NCBI GenBank assembly: GCA_018002295.1
Contig: JAGNGI010000002.1
Coordinates: 618 to 64,617, forward strand
Direction: 5' to 3'
DNA: 64,000 bases
From: Fidelibacterota bacterium
GTDB lineage: Bacteria > Fidelibacterota > UBA2242
Shown: positions 28,599 through 40,812 of the stretch, piece by piece
Layout of the letters: every line of letters starts with the position of its first letter
Numbering within the stretch: the first letter of the stretch is position 1
Made by a program: the position numbers and the translations under genes
Notes under the pieces: model-generated
Told to the model about the DNA's origin: nothing
Database searches by the model: none
The model's input: only the letters and a program-made list of their open reading frames with translations

Positions 28599-29954
28599 TT
28601 AAATAAATTTCTGCAATAATGTAACGAAACGATCAGCCAATTGATCAGCCGCCTGACTGGTTGGCGCTTCGGCGTAAATCCGCATAATCGGTTCGGTATT
28701 GGACGTGCGGATATGCACCCAGCGATCCGACCAGCTAAATTTCAAACCGTCTTCTGTGTTAATTTCGGCATTGTCAACAGACAGAATCAGATGATTCATA
28801 ATTTCGTTAAAATCGGCTTTTCCGCGAGGAATTTTACGCTTTACCATAAAATATTGCGGCAGAGTCGGCATCACCGCTGAAAGTGAGCGCTTTTCATCCG
28901 CCAGCAATTGCAAAACTAAAGCTGTTCCTACCAGCGAATCACGTCCCAGATGAGCTTCCGGTAAAATTACCCCGCCGTTGCCTTCACCGCCGATTAAAGC
29001 CTTTCCCATCTGCATACGCCGGGCAACGTTGATTTCGCCGACCGGAGTACGAATTACCTCAGCATCATATTGAGCGGCAAGATCCTCCAACGCTCGAGTA
29101 GTCGAAAGGTTAGCGACAACCTTTTGGTTCTTCTTGCCGGTCTTTGACAATACCAGTTTTGTCGCGAGCACCAAGGTATATTCTTCGGAAATCGGCACAC
29201 CTTTGTCCGAGACAATAGCTAAGCGGTCACCGTCCGGATCAATTGCTAAGCCTAGATCAGCCGAGTTGTCCTTTACCGCTTGGCACAAATCGGTCAGATT
29301 CTCCGGCAAGGGTTCCGGCGGATGCGGAAAAGGCTGATAGGGATCGCAGTGAATCGCAATTACTTCACAATCAAATTCTTTAAGTAATTCTGGAATTATT
29401 TTGGAACCCGCACCGTTGACGGCATCCACGGCAACCTTAAAATGTTGACGACGAATAGATTCTATCTCGACATACGGTAATTTCAAGATAGCATTAATAT
29501 GGTCACGATTTGCCCACTCATAAAATATCAAATCGCCCGGACTAAAATGGGCATCACTGTATTTCGCTAAATGACTTTGGCGGTTTTGTTTAATCCAGAG
29601 CATCTGTTCGGGATCAAGAAAAAGCCCATCGGCTCCCAGAAATTTCAATCCATTCCAGGGTAAAGGATTATGACTGGCAGTTATAACGACACCAGCATCG
29701 GCTCGATGTTGAACTACAGCCATTTCGACGGTCGGTGTGGGACAAATTCCCAGATCAATTACCGCAACCCCATAGCGCCGCAGAGCCTCAGTTAATTGTT
29801 CCCGGATGCGAACGCCGCTGGCGCGTGGATCACGTCCAAGGACGACTCTTCGGCAGGCGAGCAATTCCTTTAGGGCGGCGGCATACGACGATATTAGTTC
29901 CTTCGTCAAGTCCGTATCATAACCGCGCACCCCCGATAGACTTTCAATCAACAT
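28599..29954 (-). CDS. Phosphohexomutase family protein (PGM/PMM-type; candidate phosphopentomutase)
   Basis: Active-site TASHNPLPWNGLKF and metal loop GLAIDPDGDRLAIV. Its position directly upstream of deoC suggests a phosphopentomutase role (inference). Confidence 0.7.
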   Translation of the reverse strand: MLIESLSGVRGYDTDLTKELISSYAAALKELLACRRVVLGRDPRASGVRIREQLTEALRRYGVAVIDLGICPTPTVEMAVVQHRADAGVVITASHNPLPWNGLKFLGADGLFLDPEQMLWIKQNRQSHLAKYSDAHFSPGDLIFYEWANRDHINAILKLPYVEIESIRRQHFKVAVDAVNGAGSKIIPELLKEFDCEVIAIHCDPYQPFPHPPEPLPENLTDLCQAVKDNSADLGLAIDPDGDRLAIVSDKGVPISEEYTLVLATKLVLSKTGKKNQKVVANLSTTRALEDLAAQYDAEVIRTPVGEINVARRMQMGKALIGGEGNGGVILPEAHLGRDSLVGTALVLQLLADEKRSLSAVMPTLPQYFMVKRKIPRGKADFNEIMNHLILSVDNAEINTEDGLKFSWSDRWVHIRTSNTEPIMRIYAEAPTSQAADQLADRFVTLLQKFI

Positions 29955-30152
29955 TTTCGATTCCTTCCCTCCTGTCAGATATATTTATATTTTTAACTAA
30001 GTAATAATCAAGCATACTTTTAATAATATAGTATCAATCCGGCAAGTTCACAAATTGCCAGTCTTAGATCTAGTATACTTCTTTCTGGATAAATAATTTC
30101 CCCTCTACTCACCGACAGAAACTATTTTTCTAATCTTATATTGAAAACAGAA

Positions 30153-31010
30153 TTAACCCAGATGTGTTTTCAATAACGAACTATGTGATTTATGTCTAAG
30201 CCGACGAATAGCTCGCTCCTTAATCTGGCGTACTCTTTCACGCGTCAGATTAAAATGTTCACCAATTTCGTTCAAAGTCAGCGCATATTCACTGCCGATT
30301 CCAAAATACATTTTCAACACCTCTCGTTCACGTTTATTTAAAGCGGCTAACGAGGTATTGATATCGTGGCTTAGCGATTCTACCATCAACTGCCAATCCG
30401 GATCGGTAACATTCTCATCCGTCAGTACATCAATCAGGCTATTGCTGTCAGAATCGCCCATAGGTTCATCTAGGGAGCGGTGACGGCGCGCGATATGGAG
30501 GGTGTCGTTCACAACTTCGCGATCAACGTCCAAACCGGCGGCAATTTCATCATAGCGCGGTGAGCGTTCATTTTGTTTCTCGAGCACTTCGGCTTCCCGG
30601 GCAATTTTGGTGAGAGTGCCGACTCGATTCATCGGTAGCCGCACTAAACGCGATTGTTCAGAAAGCGCTTGCAGAATTGATTGCCTGATCCACCAAACGG
30701 CATAGGAAATAAATTTGAAACCGCGGGTCTCATCGAAACGCTCAACGGCTTTTAACAAGCCAAGATTGCCTTCGTTAATTAAATCCATTAGAGGTAATCC
30801 TTGCCCCTGGTAGTCCTTAGCTACGCTGACAACAAATCTTAAATTGGCTTCAGTCAATTCCTTAGCCGCTTGACGATCACCGTTCTTGATCCGCCGCGCC
30901 AACTCGATTTCCTTCTCAGGCGACAACGGTGAAAAATGGCTGATTTCTTCCAGATACCGACTCAAGGTTCGGCTGGAATCGCGGCTGGAGGTTTTGGTTG
31001 TCTTACTCAT
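30153..31010 (-). CDS. RNA polymerase sigma-70 family sigma factor (short RpoD/group-2-like)
   Basis: Region 2 (LINEGNLGLLKAVERFD, FISYAVWWIRQSI) and region 4 (LTLNEIGEHFNLTRERVRQIKERAIRRLR). Confidence 0.8.
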   Translation of the reverse strand: MSKTTKTSSRDSSRTLSRYLEEISHFSPLSPEKEIELARRIKNGDRQAAKELTEANLRFVVSVAKDYQGQGLPLMDLINEGNLGLLKAVERFDETRGFKFISYAVWWIRQSILQALSEQSRLVRLPMNRVGTLTKIAREAEVLEKQNERSPRYDEIAAGLDVDREVVNDTLHIARRHRSLDEPMGDSDSNSLIDVLTDENVTDPDWQLMVESLSHDINTSLAALNKREREVLKMYFGIGSEYALTLNEIGEHFNLTRERVRQIKERAIRRLRHKSHSSLLKTHLG

Positions 31011-31224
31011 TTTCTACTTTTTAATTTTTCATTCAAGATTAAAAATAAGGTTATTTTTCTATTTTGTCAATTACATTCGCATTTAATTTCTATATTTTCG
31101 AAATTAATGGGCATTTTCTTTTCTATAATCATCTCAAATATTTTCCCATAATTACCAAAAATATCTATTCATTCATCAATCAAAAAACTATTCATTAAAT
31201 AGTAAAAAGTGATATTTGTTCCAC

Positions 31225-32061
31225 TCATTGTGCATAGCAATAAAGGCAGGCGTGACGGCAGGTGCGGTAGGCTCCAATGTCACGACTGATATAGCAACCG
31301 CATTGCGGTCGAGTGGGTCGCACTTGAGTAGGAAATTCCTCATCGGGAAAAATGCGCTTCAGTAATTCGGCGTCGATACAATGGCCTTTCGGCAAACCAG
31401 CCGCCGCGCCAGCCTCATCTTCACAACAGGTAAATAGCTGGATTCCGGCTGTGGTGGCAATTGGTTTCAAACTTTCGAGAAAGGCGACTTGCTCAGGCAG
31501 TTCCGGCTTATCAAACTGGATTTTGCCGGAAGCTTCTATCGCGCTAAAACGGCGTTTGACTTTGCCATAGAGATCAACGAAACTGACGTAACAACGCTGA
31601 GTCAGCCCCCGTAACTGCTCGGCTAATTTACTGAAAGCCTCAAGACGTTCTTCTGGCGGTGTTAGATTAGAAAAAATGATGGGATCGAAGCGCCATAAAA
31701 TTTGTTCCGGGCTATATTCATCACACAATAAATGAGCTGTTTTCAAAGACTTTTCAGTATCAGGCGCACTGGGTTCCAGCAGGATTTTTGCTGAACTGCG
31801 GAAACCATTAATCGTCAAATGAAACAGAAAACGACCACTATAAAGCGGCTTAATCTGCTTAAGAATCGGCCAAAAGGGCTGGTAATTTTTCGACCAGAAT
31901 ACAATCGCACTGACATCTTCGGGGCATAGAGAAACCGACTGGATTCGGTTGGAAAATGGGCTGGACAAGGTAACACTGCCTTCGCGGACTTTTTGTAGAA
32001 ACCAATCCCCATAAAAAGCTGGAATATCACTACGCCGACTGACGGATAGAATATGCTTCAT
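31225..32061 (-). CDS. DUF1848-like protein with C-terminal Cys cluster
   Basis: 278 aa ending ...CGCYISRDIGAYRTCRHACLYCYAQ. The conserved C-terminal Cys/His pattern is recalled from the DUF1848 family. Confidence 0.5.
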   Translation of the reverse strand: MKHILSVSRRSDIPAFYGDWFLQKVREGSVTLSSPFSNRIQSVSLCPEDVSAIVFWSKNYQPFWPILKQIKPLYSGRFLFHLTINGFRSSAKILLEPSAPDTEKSLKTAHLLCDEYSPEQILWRFDPIIFSNLTPPEERLEAFSKLAEQLRGLTQRCYVSFVDLYGKVKRRFSAIEASGKIQFDKPELPEQVAFLESLKPIATTAGIQLFTCCEDEAGAAAGLPKGHCIDAELLKRIFPDEEFPTQVRPTRPQCGCYISRDIGAYRTCRHACLYCYAQ

Positions 32062-32196
32062 CGGTATAAATTACCGCAAAGATCGCAAAGAATACGAAAT
32101 AAAATTTTAAAAATCCTCCCTTTCAAAATGACGCAAATTTAACGACCGGAAGCAATCGCTCCTCGCCCGGTAGTAAATAGTCGTGGTTTTAATCTA

Positions 32197-32598
32197 CTAT
32201 TGAAGAGTATCAGTTAAGGCTGACTCGTAAGCCGGTTCGAGAATTTTCTTATGTCGGATAATCTGGATCAGATTATAGCTTTCATCCGATGGATGTAAAT
32301 CGAAGGATATTTCGGCTTCTTTCAGAGCGTAATCGTACCAGCCCTTTTTGGCGTAGGCGATCGCCAGGCTCTGATGGGCTTGATAAAAATCGGGATCCTT
32401 CTGGGTAGCGGCTTTGAATTCGAGAATGGCTTCATTGATCAAGCCTTTTTCGTAATACCATTTGCCGAGATCGTAATGTCTCTGCGCTTCCGTCGCGCAC
32501 CCGGAGAAAAATATTAACACTAAGGTCAAAGAAAAGAAAATAGCAAACCGGGCAAGGGTGGAACGCTTCATATTATTTCTCCTGAAATTACTCGTCAT
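32197..32598 (-). CDS. Small TPR-repeat lipoprotein
   Basis: Signal peptide with a lipobox-like FFSGC, followed by 2-3 TPR units (WYYEKG...AIAYAKKGWYDYAL). Confidence 0.55.
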   Translation of the reverse strand: MTSNFRRNNMKRSTLARFAIFFSLTLVLIFFSGCATEAQRHYDLGKWYYEKGLINEAILEFKAATQKDPDFYQAHQSLAIAYAKKGWYDYALKEAEISFDLHPSDESYNLIQIIRHKKILEPAYESALTDTLQ

Positions 32599-32688
32599 TT
32601 ACGCTTAATTTTCAATTATAAAGGCATAAAAACAAGGTAAAAACTAATTAAACCTAAGAACAAAGGAAAAGAATTTTTATATTTAATA

Positions 32689-35600
32689 TTGATGTGTTTT
32701 CAGGTAAATGGTAGATATTGGAATAGTGTAAGGATTAATTTCCAGCAATCACTCTTGAAAATTACTCGACTGAGTGTAATAATTAGTTTGCTAATTATGC
32801 TGATTGGGTTAGTGTTCTTTGATTCGGCCGACGCCGCCGAAAAGTATGAGCCTCTGCGTCTCATTCGCGCCGACAAACTCGAGCAGTTTTATCGCGCCGA
32901 TACACCGATTAAAAGACTGACCGGCAATGTCCTTTTTCAGAAAGGTGGATTGCAATTGGCTTGTGATCTGGCTTATTGGTTCGAAAGGGATCAGCGCGCT
33001 GATTTCTATCGCAACGTCATCGCGACCAGTGATAATAAAGTCCTGAAGGCTGATTCGCTGGTTTATTTCAGCGAAAATGATTCGATCGTCGCCCGTGGTC
33101 GTCCGATTCTATTTGACAGTACTTTATCAATCACTGCCCGTCGCTTGATATATTTAGTCAAAGACGAAATCGCTCATGCCGAGGGGAAGGTTCTACTCAA
33201 GGACAGCAGTCGGAGCGTTCGTGCTAACCTGATTCACTATTATTCTAACGAAAAGAAATCAGTCGCCATCGGGCAGGCTGTTTTATACGATGTCAAACGA
33301 CACCTAGAAATGGCTTCCGATAGCCTGATTTATTTCAATGCGACCGGCGATATTTTTGCCTTGAGCCGACCGATGCTAACCCGTTTTGATACTGCTGGTG
33401 TCGAATCGTTTCGGATTTACGCCGATACCATTCGCCTCGTTGAAAAAGAAGGTAATTTTCAGGCAATTGGCAACGTGCGCATTCAGAGCCAGGACTTTAC
33501 CGCTTATTCTAAAACTTTGACCTATATTGATTCGCTGGAAGTCGCCACTTTGACCGATAATCCACGGGTGTTGAGCGACGGCCAGGAATTGACCGGTAAA
33601 GTTATGCGCTTACACTTTGAGAATGAAAAAATTTCAGCGTTGTATATTGACGAAGATGCACATGCCAATACCGTGGGCAAGGCTTATTTGCCAGCCGAGT
33701 CCGATAGTCTCGCTCATGGCGATTCTATTAAAACTTATGACGAAATCACTGGCAAGTTCATGGAAATTTATTTTCGAGACGATCAAGCCGATTCGATCGT
33801 GGTTGCCGTTATGGCGACCAGCCTGTATAACATGCTGGAGGACAGTATCATTCTGGGCATTAATGAAGTCAGCGGCGACACAATCCGGTTAAAATTCATT
33901 GACCGGAAAATCAATACAATCACCGTTGTCGGCGGCACGCAGGGACGCTTTATTCCGCACGAAACCAACACCGACTTGGATACCACCGTTATCTATAGCG
34001 CCGAGCGGATAGACTATTTTGTTGATCGCAAACTGACCGATCTCTATCTAAACGCCAAAATTCAGTACGCCGATATCGAGTTAACTGCCGGCAAGATTAA
34101 TATCAATTGGAATGAAAATTTATTGTATGCATATCCACTTAGTCCCCCGCCTTACGATTCCACCAGCGTTGATTTGCCGGTCCTAAACCAGCGCGGACGG
34201 GAACCGTTTGTCGGCGAAAGTATGGTTTATAATTTAAAAACTCAGCGCGGTCGTATCGTTAGTGGCAAAACCAAGGAACAGGACGGTTATTATTATGGCG
34301 ATAAAATCAGTAAAGTAGATAAAAAAGTCTTTTACGTCAATGATTGCGTTTACACGACTTGTGATATTCCGGATAAGCCACATTATTATTTCCGTAGTAA
34401 ACAACTAAAAATTATCTTTAAAGATAAAGTGATCGCTCGGCCGGTAATTTTTTATATTCATGATATACCGCTTTTGGGATTGCCGTTTATTATCATTCCG
34501 GATCAGAGCGGCAAGCGTCATTCTGGCTGGATTATGCCCTCCTATGGCGAAAGCCGAATCGGCGGTGGATTCATCAGAGGACTGGGCTATTTTTGGGCGC
34601 CGAACGATTATTACGATTTCCGTCTGACTGGTGATTTTTACGATAAACAGGGCGTTATTCTCGACTATCGCCTACGCTATGCCTGGCGTTATAAACTGAA
34701 TGGCACCATCAGCGGTAAATATACCAATGACTTTTTCAGCAACTATCCCGAAAAGCAATGGACTTTCAACATTACTCATAATCAGACGATAGACCCAACC
34801 ACTCGCCTAACAGTCAACGGCAAATTTGTCAGCAATGAAAGTCTATATAAAAAATACAGTTATGATCTGGAAGACCGCCTCGACCAGCAATTGATTAGCA
34901 ATGCCACACTCTCCAAATCATGGACGGGGAAACCATATTCATTGTCAGTTAATTTTAATCAAACCACTAACCTGCAAGCCAATGCTCTCAGTCAAATCGA
35001 ACCGACCGATTCCAACTTGACCATTGCGCACATTAGTCGTTCATTGCCGAATATTTCTTTCACTCGAAGCAGTAAGCCTTTGATTCCCCTCAAACCGCAT
35101 CAGGATGTTTCTCGATCTAAATGGTATAATAATATTTACTTCAGCGCCAGCTCCTATCTAAAAAATAACCAGAATATTTTTTACCAGAGCATTTATAATC
35201 CTGCTACTGATTCACTGGAATGGCAGGAGCAGAACATTGAAAAAAATGCCGTGACATATAACTTCTCATTCACCAGTTCCCAGAAAATTTTCGGCTTTTT
35301 AACTACCAATCAAACGGTCAACCTCGATGAAGGTTGGGTTTTCAAGTACGATATGCCGCTTTATGACGAAGACCACCGCTTTCAGCTGGAAAACGGTAAA
35401 ATAAAAACCGAAACCGTAGAGGGGTTTAAAGCCCGCCATACCGGTAGCGCCACAATCAGTGCCCAAACCAAAGCTTATGGTCTGTTTCCCGTCAGGATTG
35501 CCGGTTTGCAGGCTATTCGCCATGTTGTTACACCATCGGTCAGTATGACATTTAGGCCTGACTTCAGCCGAGAAATTTTTGGGTGGGATCCGGGCTATAT

Positions 35601-36486
35601 CATTGGCGGAATCGACACAACCGGCACCGCCCGGACTTTCGACCCACTGACTAATACTATGCTGGGCGCCTTGTCTTCTTATGAAACCCGCACAATGTCT
35701 ATGAGTCTCAGTAATCTTTTCCAAGCTAAACTGGGACAAGGCGAAAAAACTCGCAAGCTTGATCTTTTTACTCTGAATGCTTCGACCGGCTATAATTTTG
35801 CCGCCGATAGTCTAAACTGGTCAGTGATTTCGAGTTCTTTCCGAACTCAGGTTACCAAGAAAATTGCGCTCAATCTGAACGCAACCCACGACCTCTATGC
35901 TTACCAAAACAACCGTCGCGTCAATGAATGGAACAAGACCTGGAATGGCATTCCAATACCGCGCTTGACAACCGTCAGCGCTTCGACCGGCTTTTCGCTT
36001 TCTGGTAAACGTTTTGGAAGTCCTCGGCAAGATAAAACAATACCCACTTCCGAAATTTCATCGGATACAACTGACATAAATATAATTACCCCATCTTACG
36101 GCGAGACGAATATCAATAAATTGCAGGAAAGTGCTCCTAAGCAAGGAAGTGAACTCTGGAACGCCAATTTCAACTTGCGTTACTCTTTGAGCCAGACTAA
36201 TCCACATAAACGCACCGAAACTCTCTTTATGACTACTAATCTCACTCTGAATTTGACCTCTAAATGGAAAGTAGTCTATCAAAACAGTATGAATCTAATA
36301 GATAAAAAAATCGTCAGTCAGAGCGTCTCGGTAACTCGTGATCTTCATTGCTGGCAGTTGGCTTTTAGCTGGACACCGTCTGGGTATGGTAAACAATACC
36401 TTCTCCTAATCAATATTAAATCACCAACCCTCCGCGATATCAAATATGAAGAGCGCGGTGGGCGGCGCAGTAGCCTAGGTTTCTAA
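32689..36486 (+). CDS. lptD: LPS-assembly outer-membrane protein LptD (OstA), unusually long
   Basis: Reiterated OstA/LptA-like beta-jellyroll segments at the N-terminus. The barrel motif KRHSGWIMPSYGES...GYFWAPNDYYDFRLTGDF matches the LptD signature RRSGFL.P......YYW...PN.D.T. A C-terminal aromatic is present. Confidence 0.8.
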   Translation: MMCFQVNGRYWNSVRINFQQSLLKITRLSVIISLLIMLIGLVFFDSADAAEKYEPLRLIRADKLEQFYRADTPIKRLTGNVLFQKGGLQLACDLAYWFERDQRADFYRNVIATSDNKVLKADSLVYFSENDSIVARGRPILFDSTLSITARRLIYLVKDEIAHAEGKVLLKDSSRSVRANLIHYYSNEKKSVAIGQAVLYDVKRHLEMASDSLIYFNATGDIFALSRPMLTRFDTAGVESFRIYADTIRLVEKEGNFQAIGNVRIQSQDFTAYSKTLTYIDSLEVATLTDNPRVLSDGQELTGKVMRLHFENEKISALYIDEDAHANTVGKAYLPAESDSLAHGDSIKTYDEITGKFMEIYFRDDQADSIVVAVMATSLYNMLEDSIILGINEVSGDTIRLKFIDRKINTITVVGGTQGRFIPHETNTDLDTTVIYSAERIDYFVDRKLTDLYLNAKIQYADIELTAGKININWNENLLYAYPLSPPPYDSTSVDLPVLNQRGREPFVGESMVYNLKTQRGRIVSGKTKEQDGYYYGDKISKVDKKVFYVNDCVYTTCDIPDKPHYYFRSKQLKIIFKDKVIARPVIFYIHDIPLLGLPFIIIPDQSGKRHSGWIMPSYGESRIGGGFIRGLGYFWAPNDYYDFRLTGDFYDKQGVILDYRLRYAWRYKLNGTISGKYTNDFFSNYPEKQWTFNITHNQTIDPTTRLTVNGKFVSNESLYKKYSYDLEDRLDQQLISNATLSKSWTGKPYSLSVNFNQTTNLQANALSQIEPTDSNLTIAHISRSLPNISFTRSSKPLIPLKPHQDVSRSKWYNNIYFSASSYLKNNQNIFYQSIYNPATDSLEWQEQNIEKNAVTYNFSFTSSQKIFGFLTTNQTVNLDEGWVFKYDMPLYDEDHRFQLENGKIKTETVEGFKARHTGSATISAQTKAYGLFPVRIAGLQAIRHVVTPSVSMTFRPDFSREIFGWDPGYIIGGIDTTGTARTFDPLTNTMLGALSSYETRTMSMSLSNLFQAKLGQGEKTRKLDLFTLNASTGYNFAADSLNWSVISSSFRTQVTKKIALNLNATHDLYAYQNNRRVNEWNKTWNGIPIPRLTTVSASTGFSLSGKRFGSPRQDKTIPTSEISSDTTDINIITPSYGETNINKLQESAPKQGSELWNANFNLRYSLSQTNPHKRTETLFMTTNLTLNLTSKWKVVYQNSMNLIDKKIVSQSVSVTRDLHCWQLAFSWTPSGYGKQYLLLINIKSPTLRDIKYEERGGRRSSLGF

Positions 36487-36526
36487 AAAGAATATGAAAT
36501 TATAATTAAACCAAAGTAACTAAAAA

Positions 36527-37321
36527 ATGTCACAAATTTCCAACGCTAAATCTCTTTTTAATCCAGCTTATGATATTCTGGCGCTGGATTTCGACGGCGT
36601 CATCGTTGATAGCATCGCGGAATGTTTAGTCGTCGGACACAATGCCTTCCAAAGTGCCATCGGCCGTTCGGAAAAGATTAACGATTTAAGTCAATTGCCG
36701 AACGAAATTCAACAAGAGAGTCGCCGCTTACGCAATTTTATTCGGCACGGTGAGGATTATGTCTATATATTTAAAGCAATTGCGGATAACTTTCCCATTC
36801 ATAATCAGGCTGATTTCGATGACTATCTCGAAAAAAATGTTGATGTCAAAGAAAAATTCAGAACGCAGTTTTACCTCGAACGCGCTCGCTTTCTGCGCGA
36901 GGAACCACTGCGCTGGCTGGCTCTCAATCCGTTCTATGACGGAATGGCGGATTTCCTCAAAAATTTCTCACCGCCGGAACATTTATACCTAATTACTACC
37001 AAGAAACTCGAATATGTTCAGGTAATTTTAGACACAGCCGGCATTCCTCTTCAACGGAAAAATTTATTCGCGGCTAATAGCCAAAAAGGTAAACCGGAAA
37101 TAATTGCCGACCTTTTACAAAAAATCGGTTTATCGCCAGGCAATTTTTGTTTCGTTGACGACCAGATTGATACTTTAATAAGACTCAAGCCCCTAAAAAT
37201 TCGCCTGTTTGTAGCCGGTTGGGGATATACGAATCAGGAACAAATCCGCCATGCTGAAACTGAGGGCATTCCGACCTTGACTTTGAATGAATTTTACCAG
37301 CTGTTTTCCAGACCGGATTGA
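36527..37321 (+). CDS. HAD-superfamily hydrolase
   Basis: N-terminal motif I LALDFDGVIVDS and motif IV FVDDQ. Confidence 0.6.
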   Translation: MSQISNAKSLFNPAYDILALDFDGVIVDSIAECLVVGHNAFQSAIGRSEKINDLSQLPNEIQQESRRLRNFIRHGEDYVYIFKAIADNFPIHNQADFDDYLEKNVDVKEKFRTQFYLERARFLREEPLRWLALNPFYDGMADFLKNFSPPEHLYLITTKKLEYVQVILDTAGIPLQRKNLFAANSQKGKPEIIADLLQKIGLSPGNFCFVDDQIDTLIRLKPLKIRLFVAGWGYTNQEQIRHAETEGIPTLTLNEFYQLFSRPD

Positions 37322-37641
37322 CATAATTTTCGGTCATTTCTCTTGTTTTTAAATTTTGACGGCTAAATGATTTGATTGACGGTTCTATAAAATGAAAATA
37401 AGGCGCTTTTTGAAAAGTAATAAATCAGAAAACAAGTTATTGGCAAAAAAATATTGATGAGGAAATGGAAAAATAGGCCGGGGTATTTGTGATTTCCCGA
37501 GAATTGGCGGAATTTCTAAAGAATTAAAGTCCATTTCCCACAATTTTTTTGGAAGTAAATTGCTGGAAAATTAAATTTCAGGTCGGCTTTTTGAAAATTA
37601 ATAATCATATTTAAAAATCATCCGAACAAATTGAAAAATAA

Positions 37642-38670
<1,029 letters not shown>

Positions 38671-38691
38671 AGCAATCTCAATAGCATACAT

Positions 38692-40812
38692 TTGAAAACC
38701 GTAAATTTTATCTTCGGCATTCATAACCATCAGCCGGTAGGTAACTTCGATTTCGTGATGGAATCTGCCTACCGGCAAAGTTACTTGCCATTTATCGAAA
38801 TCGTCGAAGAATTCAGCTCGATCCACATCACCTTTCACTTCAGCGGTTGTCTTTTGGAATGGATCGAGGCGCATCATCCGGATTACCTCGATCGCATTGC
38901 CGCCCTGGTTAAACGCGGAAACGTCGAGATTATCTCCGGTGGATTTTTCGAACCGGTGCTGGCTATGATTCCCGACGCCGATAAAGTCGGTCAAATTAAA
39001 ATGATGAATGATTATATTCAACAGCGTTTTAATTATACGGCTAAAGGACTGTGGCTAACGGAACGAGTCTGGGAACCTCATCTTGCCAAACCAATTGCCG
39101 AAGCTGGAATAAAATACATCACCGTTGACGATTATCATTTTTTAAGCAATGGTAAACAGGAAAGCGAACTGACTGGCCATTTTCTGACTGAGGAACAAGG
39201 CAAGACCCTCGGTATTTTCCCAATCAGTCAGCGATTGCGCTATACCATTCCATTTCAGGATCCGCAGGCAACTATTGATCATTTGGCTAAATTCGCCACC
39301 GACGACGGTGAAAATGTCATTGTTATGGCGGATGACGGCGAAAAATTCGGCGTCTGGCCCGGAACTCACGAGCAGGTTTTTACCAAAGGCTGGCTGAGGA
39401 ATTTTTTCGCGGCTTTGCTGAAAAATAGCGAGTGGCTCAAGACTTTGACCTTTGCCGAATGGTACGAAAATCATCCGCCCAAAGGCCGCATTTATCTACC
39501 AACGGCATCCTACTTTGAAATGAGTGAGTGGGCTCTGCCGTGGGAGGCTGGCGAAAAATTTGCCGATTTAGTCCACGAATTCGAAAGCAAGAAGCGTATT
39601 GAGGAAGTCCGACCTTTTATCAAAGGTGGCATCTGGCGCAACTTTCTCTATAAATACGACGAAAGCAACTGGATGCAGAAGAAAATGTTGCACCTTTCGG
39701 AACGTTTTGCCAATATTGATCCGATGAACCTAACAAAGCCTCAGCAAGTTGAATTGGGGCAAGCCCGTCTGCATCTCTGGCGTAGTACCTGTAACTGCGC
39801 CTACTGGCATGGTATTTTCGGCGGACTTTATCTGCCGCACCTGCGCCATGCAATTTATACCGAACTGCTAATCTGCGAACGGCTGCTAGATAAAATCACG
39901 GGTGCAAAAGGCTTCCGAGCGGAGGTGTTTGATTTCGATACCGACGGTGAAAATGAAATTATTATAAAATACGGCAACCTTCATACTGCTATTGCACCGC
40001 ATCGTGGCGGCATGATAACGGAGTTATCGCTGGTAAACAAAGCCTTCAATCTTTTGAATAACATTCAGCGTTATCACGAATCCTATCACCGCAAAGTGGC
40101 ATTAGCCGACAAAGTAGAAAATTCCAATGCCAGCGGCAGTATCCATGATCTGGTACTTTCCAAGGAAAAGGGACTGGATAAGTACCTCAAGTATGATAAA
40201 TATCCTCGAAAAAATCTTATGGATCACGTGATTCACTCGTCTGTTTCGCTGGAGCGCTTCCGTGACGGCGATTATTACGAAGACAGCGATTTTATCACCG
40301 GCCATTACTCTCCGGAACTCAATGAAAAAACCCGGACGTTGACTCTCTCCAAAGACGGCTGGGTAAATTGGCAAAGATTCAGGATCAAAAAGACGATTAC
40401 TTTCGGAAAAGAGGCACTGAAAGTTACCTACATATTGACCAATATCGGCGAACGTGAGAATGTTTTCCGCTTCGGACCGGAGTTTAACTTTGCTCTCCTG
40501 GGAGGCGATTCGCCCGACCGTTATTATATCTTGGACGGTGAAAAGCCCGCTGAAGCGGCTTTGAATTCCAGTGGCGTTGTAACTGGCGTTAAAGCTTTAG
40601 GAGTTGTTAATGAATGGGACAAATTCCAAGCCGAAGTAATTGCGCCCCAGGCGGTCGAATTCTGGCGCTTCCCGATCGAAACAGTCTCGCTCTCGGAAGC
40701 CGGATTCGAGCGCATTTATCAAAGTTCAGTAATAATTCCGTGGTTCGATGTCAGATTGAACCCGGAAGAAACTGCTACTTTCTCGATCGAATTAACAACG
40801 ACTGAATTATAG
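38692..40812 (+). CDS. Glycoside hydrolase family 57 (4-alpha-glucanotransferase/alpha-amylase type)
   Basis: GH57 hallmark FGIHNHQPVGNF at the N-terminus. 706 aa. It follows gap directly. Confidence 0.8.
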   Translation: MKTVNFIFGIHNHQPVGNFDFVMESAYRQSYLPFIEIVEEFSSIHITFHFSGCLLEWIEAHHPDYLDRIAALVKRGNVEIISGGFFEPVLAMIPDADKVGQIKMMNDYIQQRFNYTAKGLWLTERVWEPHLAKPIAEAGIKYITVDDYHFLSNGKQESELTGHFLTEEQGKTLGIFPISQRLRYTIPFQDPQATIDHLAKFATDDGENVIVMADDGEKFGVWPGTHEQVFTKGWLRNFFAALLKNSEWLKTLTFAEWYENHPPKGRIYLPTASYFEMSEWALPWEAGEKFADLVHEFESKKRIEEVRPFIKGGIWRNFLYKYDESNWMQKKMLHLSERFANIDPMNLTKPQQVELGQARLHLWRSTCNCAYWHGIFGGLYLPHLRHAIYTELLICERLLDKITGAKGFRAEVFDFDTDGENEIIIKYGNLHTAIAPHRGGMITELSLVNKAFNLLNNIQRYHESYHRKVALADKVENSNASGSIHDLVLSKEKGLDKYLKYDKYPRKNLMDHVIHSSVSLERFRDGDYYEDSDFITGHYSPELNEKTRTLTLSKDGWVNWQRFRIKKTITFGKEALKVTYILTNIGERENVFRFGPEFNFALLGGDSPDRYYILDGEKPAEAALNSSGVVTGVKALGVVNEWDKFQAEVIAPQAVEFWRFPIETVSLSEAGFERIYQSSVIIPWFDVRLNPEETATFSIELTTTEL

